64,000 nucleotides of DNA from Promethearchaeota archaeon (GCA_048939625.1 JBHLPH010000007.1:1-64000); one strand, 5' to 3'. Positions 48,709 to 59,017 are shown, numbered from the stretch's first letter. The notes: generated from the letters alone by a model not told the origin. Made by a program: numbers and translations.

Positions 48709-50318
48709 TGAGTGATGATACAGTTACTCCTGATTTTGAAACAAACGTGGATGAAAAGCATTTGCAAAGTGGTGGTATTAACGAATTCTTTCGGGGGCTC
48801 TATTTCCAATTCATTGGCTTTTTCAGATGGTCTAATCTTCGGAGAGGGCTCATTCAAATCGGATGGGCAATTATGTCTATCTTTCTCGCGATTTTTGCTA
48901 CCTCCCTAATAATGCTCGCGACAGGGTATAATCCATTCATTGCATTTCGAACATTGATTCTAGGGGCATTTGCCCGAACTGATCTTATTTTTTGGTATGC
49001 CACTCCCCTCATCTTCACAGGTCTTGCAGTGGCTTTAGCCTTCCAAGCGGGGCTCTTCAATATTGGTGCAGAAGGCCAGTTGTATATGGGGTCAATGGCT
49101 GCCACGGTTGTCGGTTTCATGATTTTACTGCCACCTGTAATTCACCCTGCTCTTGCTTTACTTTTTGGCTTCATTATTGGTGGTTTATGGGCTCTCGTTC
49201 CAGCGTTATTAAAGGCATATCGAGGCGCTCATGAAGTCGTAACTACGATGATGATGACTTTCATTGCGACTCTCTTTACTCAATGGCTGGCTGCTGGACC
49301 TCTTCAAGAACCTGGACAAGTTCAGCCACAAGCCCAAACTCCTCTCATCTTTCCCACAGCTGAGCTAGTTAAGCTCTTTGGCTCGAATTTTCTTAATTTT
49401 GGCTTTGTAATTGGCATCTTTGTTGTTATTGGCGTATGGATTCTTCTCAGAAACACGGTTCTTGGCTATGAGATGCGAGCTGTTGGTAAGAACCAGTCTG
49501 CTGCTCAAGCTGCAGGAATTAATCCCAAGAAAATGATTGTTATTTCGCTTTTCCTAAGTGGGTGTCTTGCAGGGCTTGCTGGTGCCGTTGAAATTCTAGG
49601 CTACTATCATCGGTTCCGTGATGGCTGGTCAGCGGGTTTAGGTTTCGACGGAATCACTGTTGCAGTACTTGGCGCTAATAATCCCATCGGTGTTCTCTTA
49701 GGTGCTATTTTCTTCGGATTTCTCCGTGCTGGTGCGATTCCAATGCAAACAATCGGAGGAGTTCCTGCAGAAATGGTGGATGTCATCCAAGGATTAGTCG
49801 TCCTTTTCGTCGCTGCTCCGAAAATCGTAATTTGGCTAGCGAAGAAGGGAGTCACATGGGCGAAAAGGCTTGTAAAAGACCCTATGAAAGCCGTTCCCAT
49901 CTTCATGGGATCGATTATAGCAATAATTGGTAGTATTGCTAGCATCGCTATTGGTGCGAGTATGTTCGGTACCCTTGTCCAAGCAGGGCTTATTGGTGAT
50001 ATCTTTACTTTGATACTCACCGAACCATTCTTTGCGATGTATATAGGGCTAGCATCCCTTGCAGTGATAATCGGTCTCATATCGCTCTTTGCATTCTATG
50101 GCCTTATGACAACTCAGAAATGGTCGACTATTGCTCTCATACCTTCCGCGGTTATTTGGATAATCATTGGCTATATTACAATGGTCATGTTAGGTGCTAC
50201 ACTCCTCATTCCGCTCAGCGTCTTAGGAGTGCTAGGTATCATCTTTGGAGTATGGAGTTTCATTCTCCTGTATCGACAAGGTGTTACCTTTGTGGAGGTG
50301 AAAACTGATGCAGATTGA
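48708..50318 (+). CDS. Nucleoside ABC permease 1 with C-terminal multi-TM extension
   Basis: FNIGAEGQ, HEVVTT, GFDGITVA; about 160 extra hydrophobic residues at the C-terminus. Confidence 0.92.
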   Translation: MSDDTVTPDFETNVDEKHLQSGGINEFFRGLYFQFIGFFRWSNLRRGLIQIGWAIMSIFLAIFATSLIMLATGYNPFIAFRTLILGAFARTDLIFWYATPLIFTGLAVALAFQAGLFNIGAEGQLYMGSMAATVVGFMILLPPVIHPALALLFGFIIGGLWALVPALLKAYRGAHEVVTTMMMTFIATLFTQWLAAGPLQEPGQVQPQAQTPLIFPTAELVKLFGSNFLNFGFVIGIFVVIGVWILLRNTVLGYEMRAVGKNQSAAQAAGINPKKMIVISLFLSGCLAGLAGAVEILGYYHRFRDGWSAGLGFDGITVAVLGANNPIGVLLGAIFFGFLRAGAIPMQTIGGVPAEMVDVIQGLVVLFVAAPKIVIWLAKKGVTWAKRLVKDPMKAVPIFMGSIIAIIGSIASIAIGASMFGTLVQAGLIGDIFTLILTEPFFAMYIGLASLAVIIGLISLFAFYGLMTTQKWSTIALIPSAVIWIIIGYITMVMLGATLLIPLSVLGVLGIIFGVWSFILLYRQGVTFVEVKTDAD

Positions 50319-51234
50319 TCCAGCTACACTCATTCTCTTCGGATGGATACTCAATTCAACCCTTCAAGTGGGAACTCCACTCGTCCTAGCAGGACTTGGT
50401 GGTATGTTTTCTGAAAGGTCAGGAATCGTCAATATCGCCCTTGAAGGCATCATGCTGATGGGAGCATTTGCTGCTGTCGCTGTAACATACTTCACAGATA
50501 ATCCGTGGTTGGGTGTCCTCGGAGCCATTATAGCAGGCGTACTAGTTGCCGCAATCCATGCTGTAGTAACTGTCAAATTGAAGGGAAACCATATAGTAAG
50601 CGGTACAGGCATTCTCTTATTTGCAGCTGGTTTCACAACATTAATGCTTTTTGTAATCTGGGGACTTCGCGGAGTGTCTCCTGGAGTTACACCGCTTCCT
50701 GAGATTTATCTTCCCGGGATAGGCTTTCTCTCTCCACTAATATTCATCATGTTCGCGCTGGTTCCCATTTGCTGGTTCGTACTGTATCGAACACCCTTTG
50801 GACTGCGGCTCCGAGCTGCTGGAGAAGATCCAAGCACACTCGATACCGCGGGAATTAGTGTTGAAAAGTACCGAATTTACGGAGTACTTCTAAGTGGTGC
50901 GCTAGCTGCAATGGGTGGTGCTCAAATGTCGATTGGCTTTGGATCGTGGTTTGGAAAAGGAATGACCAGTGGTGCTGGCTTCATTGCTCTAGCGGCGCTA
51001 ATCTTTGGAAACTGGAACCCCATTGGAGTTCTGATAGCAGGACTTTTCTTCGGCTTCACTAGTGGCCTTAACTACGCCTTACAAATTGCGCCCGGCTGGG
51101 ACTTCCTCGTCGGAGTTGGTAATTTCATCCAAATGATTCCTTATGTCTCAGTCATCATTGCTCTGGGTATTATCAGGCGGTCAATACCACCGAAGGCTAT
51201 AGGTGTCCCATATATCAAAGAGAAGGAAAGCTAA
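50308..51234 (+). CDS. Nucleoside ABC permease 2
   Basis: SERSGIVNIALEG, GLRLRAAGE, GFIALAA, PKAIGVPY. Confidence 0.94.
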   Translation: MQIDPATLILFGWILNSTLQVGTPLVLAGLGGMFSERSGIVNIALEGIMLMGAFAAVAVTYFTDNPWLGVLGAIIAGVLVAAIHAVVTVKLKGNHIVSGTGILLFAAGFTTLMLFVIWGLRGVSPGVTPLPEIYLPGIGFLSPLIFIMFALVPICWFVLYRTPFGLRLRAAGEDPSTLDTAGISVEKYRIYGVLLSGALAAMGGAQMSIGFGSWFGKGMTSGAGFIALAALIFGNWNPIGVLIAGLFFGFTSGLNYALQIAPGWDFLVGVGNFIQMIPYVSVIIALGIIRRSIPPKAIGVPYIKEKES

Positions 51235-51325
51235 GGTTTCAACAGAGACAATTGGTCAAAGAATCACCAAGAGAAACGTTTAATCAGGTAGTTCACAGGT
51301 ACTAAACTAATAGGAACGTGATACT

Positions 51326-51493
51326 TTGAGTTCAGATGATGTCTGTCAAGCATGTGGCAAGATGGTCCAAACACCCATTAAATGCTCTAACTGTAACGCC
51401 TCATTCCACCGTGCCTGCGTTTTTAAGAAAAAGAAATACAAATGCCCAGTTTGTGGTCACGAATCAGATACCCATGAACTTCGATTCGGTTGA
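51326..51493 (+). CDS. 55-aa stand-alone C4HC3 (PHD/RINGv-like) zinc finger, not in ORF track
   Basis: MSSDDVCQACGKMVQTPIKCSNCNASFHRACVFKKKKYKCPVCGHESDTHELRFG (TTG start). Confidence 0.82.
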   Translation: MSSDDVCQACGKMVQTPIKCSNCNASFHRACVFKKKKYKCPVCGHESDTHELRFG

Positions 51494-51515
51494 ATTCCAA
51501 AAATCGTGGCATTTG

Positions 51516-51998
51516 TCATAATGCTTTTAATTTCTCCGCAGCTTCCTTGATGAAATCAGGTGCGGCCTTCATGCGGGCCGTGGAAAGAATCATTGCTCGA
51601 TAATTTCCGAATTGATCAGGTGCAATATCAAGTTTCTGACAGACCTCTTGAACAAAACTCTCTGTGTCACCCTTGAATTCAGTTTCTACAACTATTTTCG
51701 CAAAGGTCTTTTGACTAGGCGCTACTGTACGTTCACTTCTCGGCTCACCAAAACACGCAGTAACAGCTGTAAGCTGCTCATCATCGGACACGCGGATATG
51801 AACTTCAACCTTCATAACACCTCTATCCGTTGTACTGGCCTGTAACTGTGCCGAAAAGGTGCGGTCCTCCGACCGCGCACTTAGCCCACCTCCCATATCA
51901 ACTTCTTTGGGTTGGATTCCTAATCGATCACACACACATTTGAAAGCTTTCTTAGCGGGTGGTATTGACGTAAATTCGTAGCTTAACTCCTTTCGCAA
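51516..51998 (-). CDS. Hypothetical protein
   Basis: Open frame; TTG at 51998 follows an AGGTG RBS. Confidence 0.72.
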   Translation of the reverse strand: MRKELSYEFTSIPPAKKAFKCVCDRLGIQPKEVDMGGGLSARSEDRTFSAQLQASTTDRGVMKVEVHIRVSDDEQLTAVTACFGEPRSERTVAPSQKTFAKIVVETEFKGDTESFVQEVCQKLDIAPDQFGNYRAMILSTARMKAAPDFIKEAAEKLKAL

Positions 51999-52204
51999 TA
52001 GACACACCTTTCTGAAACTTCTTAAAACCACTGAGTGATTGAGTTCTTAATTATCTTTTGCGCTCAAAGTCGTCAGGTGTTTAGCATCAGAAAAAAACCC
52101 TATTTCTTCTTCTCTGGGTTTTAGTCGGCTTCTAGAAAAAGCACAAGGCTATATAGCTAAATACTCTCAAAACTGTACACTCTATCAATTCAATCAATGG
52201 AGTA

Positions 52205-53527
52205 ATGCTAATGCGGCGTACAATCATCCCACAATTACTTCTGCTAATAATAATCGGGCTCATGACCTTTGCATTCTTTCAACCAGTTGCTGACCCTACA
52301 TTAACGGTTAATGCACAGCCCCCGCTTGATAAACCTGCATCCATTTACACCGGTTCCGCAACTGTAACCTGTTTCTCATCTCCGGACTCGAGTTTTGACA
52401 TAATCACAGATCTTTTACAAAACACAGAGAATGAAATGCAAATCATGGTCTATGCTCTAACCAACTGGTTTCTAATTGATGAAATCCACGATGCCCTTGC
52501 ACGAAACGGAACTATGGAAATTACTATCATCGTTTCATGGAAATGGGCCTCAATTGCTGAACGGAGCCTTACAAAAGGTGCTTTCTATAATCTGTCACAA
52601 AATGCAGCCTTTGGATCCAATCTACAACTCTATTTCTCAGAAGATACATACCTTGAATTTACTCACGCTAAATTCATGATTTTCGATCAAGAGGCTGTCG
52701 TTGTAGAAAGTGCCAACTGGGCAAAATCAGGAATTCCACCTGCAAGTAGTGCTGGTAATCGTGAATGGGGCGTTGTAATCGAACAACCCGACGTCGTTGA
52801 TTATTTCTATGACACATTCATGCATGATCTGCTGCTCGACAACGTAGAGCCATACGTGCCGGATATCGCCGATGAAGAAGATTTCAGTGAAAACATCGAT
52901 ACTGGATCCTACCCCGCACCTTTTACCAGTCAATCCTTTACAGGTTCAATGAGCATTCAATGTGTGCTCTCTCCAGACAACGATGTCTCTGCAATCAAGG
53001 CTATGATTGATTCTGCTACTTCAACACTCATGGTACAGCAAATGTACTCGAAAATGGATTGGGATAGCAATCCAAATCAGTTCAATGATGCTATTGTTGC
53101 TGCAGCTGCTCGTGGTGTGGATTGTAAAGTTATCCTAGACAATCGCAGCTCGGGTATGCAAGCTGTTGCTGAGATGTTTCTAGCAAATGGTGTGGATGTC
53201 CGGTTTAGTAACCAATCCTATTTTGGATGGACCCACAACAAGGGCGTCATTGTTGATGGACAAAAAGTACTTGTTTCAAGTATCAACTGGAGTTATGAAT
53301 CCACCCACGAAAACCGAGAGGCCGGAGTGATCATCACTCATTCTGGAATCGCCAATTACTTCAAACAGATTTTCGACTGGGACTGGGATGTTGGCGTTCA
53401 ACTAGGCGCACCAACCACTCCTCCTCCACAAGAACCCATACCCATCGAATACATCATCATAACAGTCGTAATTGTTGTAGTGATAGCCATAGGTGGATGG
53501 GTTTACCAGCGTTACATCAAGAAATGA
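52205..53527 (+). CDS. Secreted, C-terminally anchored phospholipase D-family protein
   Basis: Two HKD motifs (HAKFMIFD..SAN, HNKGVIVD..SIN), NRE motifs; signal peptide and C-terminal TM. Confidence 0.93.
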   Translation: MLMRRTIIPQLLLLIIIGLMTFAFFQPVADPTLTVNAQPPLDKPASIYTGSATVTCFSSPDSSFDIITDLLQNTENEMQIMVYALTNWFLIDEIHDALARNGTMEITIIVSWKWASIAERSLTKGAFYNLSQNAAFGSNLQLYFSEDTYLEFTHAKFMIFDQEAVVVESANWAKSGIPPASSAGNREWGVVIEQPDVVDYFYDTFMHDLLLDNVEPYVPDIADEEDFSENIDTGSYPAPFTSQSFTGSMSIQCVLSPDNDVSAIKAMIDSATSTLMVQQMYSKMDWDSNPNQFNDAIVAAAARGVDCKVILDNRSSGMQAVAEMFLANGVDVRFSNQSYFGWTHNKGVIVDGQKVLVSSINWSYESTHENREAGVIITHSGIANYFKQIFDWDWDVGVQLGAPTTPPPQEPIPIEYIIITVVIVVVIAIGGWVYQRYIKK

Positions 53528-53550
53528 TAAATTAAAACCTGAAATGTCCA

Positions 53551-53600
53551 AGGAGAGGGTACCCCAGCGGATGGGCATCCTCTCCTCAAACCTTCTTTTT
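53551..53600 (+). terminator. Hairpin plus T-tract
   Basis: AGGAGAGGGT..CCCA / TGGGC ATCCTCTCCT, then CTTCTTTTT. Confidence 0.6.
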
Positions 53601-53620
53601 AGCAATGGTTGAACTATAAT

Positions 53621-53872
53621 TTAGTCATAAAATGGGATATCCCCACTGAGAAACCTGTAGACAAAACGCTTCAAGGCGGCCTCCCCTTCTTCTGTGGGGC
53701 CTGCACGCCAATGAAGTCGACAAGCATAATCAAGTAGTGGGCGGAGCCGTTGCACCTGACTGGCACGAAGCATTGCTGGATGTTGGATTGGATCACGGTG
53801 TGGTTGTAATTCACGGAGTACCTCCCAGAGAATGCGTTCGGATTCCGCTTGAGGTTGAATGAGTTGTGTCAT
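53621..53872 (-). CDS. Small hypothetical protein
   Basis: ATG 53872 after GGAGG; 83 aa. Confidence 0.6.
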   Translation of the reverse strand: MTQLIQPQAESERILWEVLRELQPHRDPIQHPAMLRASQVQRLRPLLDYACRLHWRAGPTEEGEAALKRFVYRFLSGDIPFYD

Positions 53873-54056
53873 CTTTAGTGATGCCTCCACCAAGCAATGA
53901 TTCATAACATGGCTACTAAAAGGCAGAGAGGGTTTAGGATAAGTAAAGATATCATTCTCAATACACTACATCACCTAGGATGTGAAACAGAGCATCGACA
54001 CCTTTGAAAACACATATCAAGGATGACCCTCTACCTTTTTGGTGAGGGAAGTTTCT

Positions 54057-54722
54057 ATGGATGAACCGCTTCCACCCTCGTCTACTGACATGAGAGGCTG
54101 GTGGATCGCCTGTGTCCTAATTCTGCCTATTTTAGTCTTTATTTTTATCTGGGTGGTAGCGATTGGAGATGTAATCGTGATATTTGGCGCATTTTTTATC
54201 ATTGCTATTGCCCTTGCAATTTTTGGTATTCCGCTCTTGATTGATGATGAATACAGGAAGCGATTTTTTAATCGTCTTCGTAGACGAGTTCCACCATCAG
54301 AAATCTTTCAATGTAATGAAGAGATTAGATGGGATGAGATACCTCTATTGGAAGTGTGGCCAACCATTCGTTCTGAGACAGGTGACACCGTATCAATTCC
54401 TCCCGATTACGATTCATCAGTGTCTCAATTGCTTCCCATTAATGTAATTCAACAGCATATATCGGAGTTAGAAGCTGCTGTTGAAGAACTAGACGCCAAT
54501 CTTCATATGATTCCAACGACCTACGAGTCCCCCACTCGGGTGCATGAACAGCTCCTCATTGAACGGGGTGCTGCTAACTTACTATTGGCATCATTAATCC
54601 TTCAGCGTGGGAAAAAAACCATTGCACCAAAATACTATACTCGTAAACGCCGGCAATTACTTCGCACTATTGCACGTATTGATGAAAAGATAGATGAGCT
54701 TTCAGAGCTTATGCGTGGTTAA
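54057..54722 (+). CDS. Two-TM membrane protein with C-terminal helical-hairpin (steadiness-box/SHOCT-like) tail
   Basis: Two N-terminal TM; tail IERGAANLLLASL...KKTIAPKYYTRKRRQL; paralogous to 58190-59017. Confidence 0.75.
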   Translation: MDEPLPPSSTDMRGWWIACVLILPILVFIFIWVVAIGDVIVIFGAFFIIAIALAIFGIPLLIDDEYRKRFFNRLRRRVPPSEIFQCNEEIRWDEIPLLEVWPTIRSETGDTVSIPPDYDSSVSQLLPINVIQQHISELEAAVEELDANLHMIPTTYESPTRVHEQLLIERGAANLLLASLILQRGKKTIAPKYYTRKRRQLLRTIARIDEKIDELSELMRG

Positions 54723-54846
54723 TCTTTTTGTGAATTGTGTATTAATCAATGAGTTTTGAATCAGATTATATGTCCCTGAATATCACAAGAGTATAAGTCA
54801 AGGAATCACAATCTTACTTTGAACTTGCCTTGTAGGATGGTGTAGG

Positions 54847-57816
54847 ATGCCGCCACTTCGAAGAATAATTCTTGTTAGTCACACTCACTGGGACCGGGAA
54901 TGGTATCTGCCCTTCGAGGATTTTCGATGGTTGCTAGTGAAGACCTTGGATCAGCTCATTGAATTGATGGAGCGCAACTCAGAATATTTACGATTCAACC
55001 TAGATGGTCAGACCATCGTCCTCGAGGATTATTTAGAACTGCGACCAGAAAATCGTCCTCGACTCAAGCAACTCATTGAACAGAATCGGATACAGATTGG
55101 GCCTTGGTACGTACTTGCTGATGAGTTTCTTGTCAGCGGCGAATCGCTTATTCGGAATCTGCTCTTTGGCAAGCAGACGGGTAGTGAATTTGGCGATGTA
55201 ATGGCAATCGGTTATGTGCCAGATGCCTTTGGTCATATTGCACAACTTCCTCAAATCCTGCGAGGATTCGATATTGACAAGAGTATCTGGTGGCGTGGGC
55301 TAGAAGACCATGGAAAAACACTCCCTACTGAACTCCGATGGCGAGCGCCAGACGGGTCAGAAGTCCTCCTAGTACATTTACGATCAAGTTACTCCACCGC
55401 AGCTAACCTGCCTGATTCAGTAGATGCCGCACTTGCACAGGTTCTTATGCCCCTAAACGTCCTTTCTCTGCGGGGAACCAGTTCTGCCGCCCTTCTTATG
55501 AACGGAAGTGACCATCTACCCCCACAATCACATCTCCCCCAATTGATACATAATCTGAACGAACGTTTCCACTCAGGCGACATTCTACAGGGCAGGACTG
55601 TTACCCAACTCCTCGAGACTTACGGAAAAAGCCCAATTGAAAAAGAGATAACTGGAATGGATGAACTGAGTCCTTTCATCAATCAGCTCTTCGCAGACTT
55701 CATCACCGAACTCAAGGACGTCACTGTCCAACATGGCACCTTCAAGGATTACTTCGACATCATCAAAAATGAAGTGAATCTAGCGGAAATACCTGTCATT
55801 GATGGAGAACAGCACGCCAGCAAGTACGTCCCCATTCTCCCTGGCGTGTTTTCAGCCCGTATGTATCTGAAACAACAGAATTTCTCTACTCAACAATTAC
55901 TTGAACGCTGGGTGGAACCGTTTTCAACCATTGCATGGTGGTTGGGGGCGAAATATCCATCTGTTCCTTTACGGCGAGCATGGCAGCTCCTGTTACAGAA
56001 TCATCCGCATGATTCAATTTGTGGTTGTAGTGTAGATGCTACACATGAAGACATGGAACGCCGCTTTGCATGGAGCCAGCAACTCGCGCATCAACTCCTC
56101 AGCGAAGCTATCCACTATATCAATACACACACGAACTCAAATCCATCAACCAAAACTCCCCAATCTCCCATTGTAACCTTCCGTGTTTTTAATCCCCATC
56201 CATGGGATGCAACGGATGTGATCCGGGTTCTCCTTAACCTCCCGACCTCATCTGATAAAACATCCCAACTAGCCCTTTATACAGCTAGGGGCGAGCAAAT
56301 CCCATTCCAGATGATCACAGCTCACAAACTAGATCCAATACTTCAATCCCTACTTGATGTCCACACACTTCCCCCAATCTATGACGGAGAACCACAGCTG
56401 CCAGACAAAACACGCCAAATCATGATAACATTCTGTGCAGAAGCCATTCCCAGCCTCGGCTATGCAACCTTTTATCTAGCGTCTGCTCCGACCGCTTCCA
56501 ACGGGTTACAAAAATCCGAATTACGGGTTCAAAAGAAAGGCGAATTCTATATCATCGAAAATCCCTTCATTCAACTGCAAATATCTAAAAAAACAGGGAC
56601 CCTACGCCTGCATCATAAACCCTCCAAAAAGACTTATCATAACGTTTTGATGTTGGAGGACACCGGCGACGTAGGCGATGAATATAATTACTGCCCACCT
56701 CACCAAGATCAACGGATAACCAGTCATGACAATATACAAACTAGGGTCCTGCTTCATGAAAAAGGACCAGTTACCGTTACCTTAGAAATTCAAACGCAGC
56801 TCAAAGTTCCCAAAATGGCCCACAAAACCCGAACCCGTCGCAGCTTGAAAACAATACCTCTTTCAATCCAAACTCTTATCACGGTCACCTCAAGTTCACC
56901 ACGGATTGATGTACAGCATACCATCCAGAACACCGCAAAAGATCACCGCCTCCGAGTTCTTTTTCAAACCGGCATCAACACAAACACTGCTTGGGGAGAT
57001 ACTCCTTTCCACGTAACCGAACGTCCCCTTGAACCCGCCCCACAGGAGTGGGGTGCCCAACTGTATCCCATGATGATGGACTACTACCTCACTTCAATTC
57101 TCAAACGACCCAATATTCCTGGCAAACCCATGGGATGGTTCGAAGATTCAGCCACTACTCACGCCCTCCAAACCTTCCTTGATGTCAACGATGACAAACA
57201 AGGCCTACTCATCGCCACCCGTGGTCTTCCCGAATATGAAGTCCTCGAAGATCCGAATCGCACAATCGCCCTGACACTGCTCCGATCCATCGGTTGGTTA
57301 TCCCGTGATAACCTAACAACCCGTCGGGGACATGCTGGTCCGCCAATGGCTACACCTAGCGCACAATGCCTTGGACAATATCATGCAAATTATTCAATTA
57401 TACCTCATTTAGGAACGTGGAAGACCCCCACTACTCGCCAACACACCCAACAGTATATCACCCCTCTGAAAGCCATTCAATTACACAAGACCACAGACGG
57501 TCATTTAGCACCCTCGCAAAGTTTCCTATCAGTTTCCCCGGGAACCTGTACCTTCAGCTGCCTTAAAAAGAGTGAACAAACCGACTCCACAATCCTACGC
57601 TTCTACGAAACCAGCGGCAGCTCCTCCAAAGTCCAAATCACATCCAAGTTTGCAATTAAGCAAGCTGTATTCGTCAATTTAGCTGAAAAACAACTTGAAC
57701 CAATCCCTATGGCAAAGTCTAATTCGAACCAGATAGCAGTCTCATTCTCCCCCTTTCAAATACGTACACTTCAATTACAATTACAAAGCAGTTCAAAAGT
57801 CAAGAAATGTGTTTAA
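54847..57816 (+). CDS. GH38 alpha-mannosidase (MngB-like)
   Basis: HTHWDREW, LDGQ, GPWY, PDAFGH nucleophile, NGSDH, NHPHDSICGCS. Confidence 0.95.
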   Translation: MPPLRRIILVSHTHWDREWYLPFEDFRWLLVKTLDQLIELMERNSEYLRFNLDGQTIVLEDYLELRPENRPRLKQLIEQNRIQIGPWYVLADEFLVSGESLIRNLLFGKQTGSEFGDVMAIGYVPDAFGHIAQLPQILRGFDIDKSIWWRGLEDHGKTLPTELRWRAPDGSEVLLVHLRSSYSTAANLPDSVDAALAQVLMPLNVLSLRGTSSAALLMNGSDHLPPQSHLPQLIHNLNERFHSGDILQGRTVTQLLETYGKSPIEKEITGMDELSPFINQLFADFITELKDVTVQHGTFKDYFDIIKNEVNLAEIPVIDGEQHASKYVPILPGVFSARMYLKQQNFSTQQLLERWVEPFSTIAWWLGAKYPSVPLRRAWQLLLQNHPHDSICGCSVDATHEDMERRFAWSQQLAHQLLSEAIHYINTHTNSNPSTKTPQSPIVTFRVFNPHPWDATDVIRVLLNLPTSSDKTSQLALYTARGEQIPFQMITAHKLDPILQSLLDVHTLPPIYDGEPQLPDKTRQIMITFCAEAIPSLGYATFYLASAPTASNGLQKSELRVQKKGEFYIIENPFIQLQISKKTGTLRLHHKPSKKTYHNVLMLEDTGDVGDEYNYCPPHQDQRITSHDNIQTRVLLHEKGPVTVTLEIQTQLKVPKMAHKTRTRRSLKTIPLSIQTLITVTSSSPRIDVQHTIQNTAKDHRLRVLFQTGINTNTAWGDTPFHVTERPLEPAPQEWGAQLYPMMMDYYLTSILKRPNIPGKPMGWFEDSATTHALQTFLDVNDDKQGLLIATRGLPEYEVLEDPNRTIALTLLRSIGWLSRDNLTTRRGHAGPPMATPSAQCLGQYHANYSIIPHLGTWKTPTTRQHTQQYITPLKAIQLHKTTDGHLAPSQSFLSVSPGTCTFSCLKKSEQTDSTILRFYETSGSSSKVQITSKFAIKQAVFVNLAEKQLEPIPMAKSNSNQIAVSFSPFQIRTLQLQLQSSSKVKKCV

Positions 57817-57869
57817 ACGAAAACAGCTTTAATAAACTGATTCATTAGAAAGAATGGAGGCGGAAGGCA

Positions 57870-58124
57870 ATCAGCTCAATTGCCAAAATAGCATATTCAC
57901 AAATTGAACGGCGTATTAATCCATGGATCATTCTCTCACTACTAATCGGTTTTACCATTTGTCTAATAGTTGGATGGTATTTCTTAGATCTCGCAGCCTT
58001 CTATAGTCCATATCTTATCAGTTTTGGCAGTTATTTACGATTACTCGGCTTCTTAGCAATATACATCGGCGTAATACAGCTCTTCATCTTAGTACTCGCC
58101 CATATAAGCACCATTAGATCCTAG
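57870..58124 (+). CDS. Putative two-TM protein with non-canonical (ATC) start, not in ORF track
   Basis: 84-codon frame ISSIAKIAYSQIERRINPWIILSLLIGFTICLIVGWYF...LFILVLAHISTIRS; GGAGG RBS upstream; in-frame TAG at 57846 excludes an upstream canonical start. Confidence 0.55.
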   Translation: MSSIAKIAYSQIERRINPWIILSLLIGFTICLIVGWYFLDLAAFYSPYLISFGSYLRLLGFLAIYIGVIQLFILVLAHISTIRS

Positions 58125-58189
58125 AAAACATTGCATCTAAAAACCAAATAAAAGAATAAGTAGATAAAAAACTAGGTTAACCTGGAGGT

Positions 58190-59017
58190 TTGGAGGCTAT
58201 TACCACCTTTTCGGGGCTCTACAGTAGAGATCCACGAACCATTAGAGTGCCCAGTCGTCTACCAGTCCGAATCTCGTTCGGAATTTACCTTTTCCTTATT
58301 TTCCTGATCTGTCTGATATGCGGACTATTTTTCCTGTATATGGCCCCCATCAGCCAATTTAATGACATATGGACTATTTTTCCTATTTACAATTATTTCT
58401 TCTCCCCGCTATATCTTGGAATAATATGTCTTCTCATTAGTGGAATCCTCGGAGGAATTCTCATCATCAATGGGGCATTATACCTCTTTCAAAGGAAACA
58501 TAGGAACCGTTTACGCCGTCGACCGCGTAGATGGCGTCGTCCCCAATACACACCCATGGAACATGAACCCCAACCACCTTCCTCCCAGTCAGACGACTTG
58601 ATTCCAACTGCGGATAACATTGACGACATCGATCTCTCATACACGAATATACCTAGTTGGTTAATCCCCCTTTTGAAAAATCGTTCAACAGCGATGGCAA
58701 TTCATGAAGATTTGATTGCATCATCCAAAACCCCAGAAGAGGCGGAATCTCAGTTTCAATCGCGAATTGATGATTTAGACACCGTAGTAATCACTATCTA
58801 TCAGCATCGCCAAACCGAGGCCCAAGAACCTGAACCATCAGATGGATCTCCGATGAGCCTCCTCACCGAAACTGAAATTGAAAAAGAAGCCGTGTTGGAC
58901 CTCCTTGGAGCCCTGGAACTCCAATACAGGAATGGTAAAGTCACCAAGACTTTCTATGAACATAAACGGGATCAATTGCTTGAACGCCTTGCGAAAGCTA
59001 TTCGTGATACAGAATAG
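58190..59017 (+). CDS. Two-TM membrane protein with C-terminal steadiness-box/SHOCT-like tail
   Basis: Two TM, Arg-rich stop-transfer, tail EKEAVLDLLGALELQYRNGKVTKTFYEHKRDQL. Confidence 0.78.
   Translation: MEAITTFSGLYSRDPRTIRVPSRLPVRISFGIYLFLIFLICLICGLFFLYMAPISQFNDIWTIFPIYNYFFSPLYLGIICLLISGILGGILIINGALYLFQRKHRNRLRRRPRRWRRPQYTPMEHEPQPPSSQSDDLIPTADNIDDIDLSYTNIPSWLIPLLKNRSTAMAIHEDLIASSKTPEEAESQFQSRIDDLDTVVITIYQHRQTEAQEPEPSDGSPMSLLTETEIEKEAVLDLLGALELQYRNGKVTKTFYEHKRDQLLERLAKAIRDTE

Noticed and set aside
51336-51521. 61-aa ORF in the track
   Set aside because: Out-of-frame shadow of the C4HC3 finger ORF at 51326-51493
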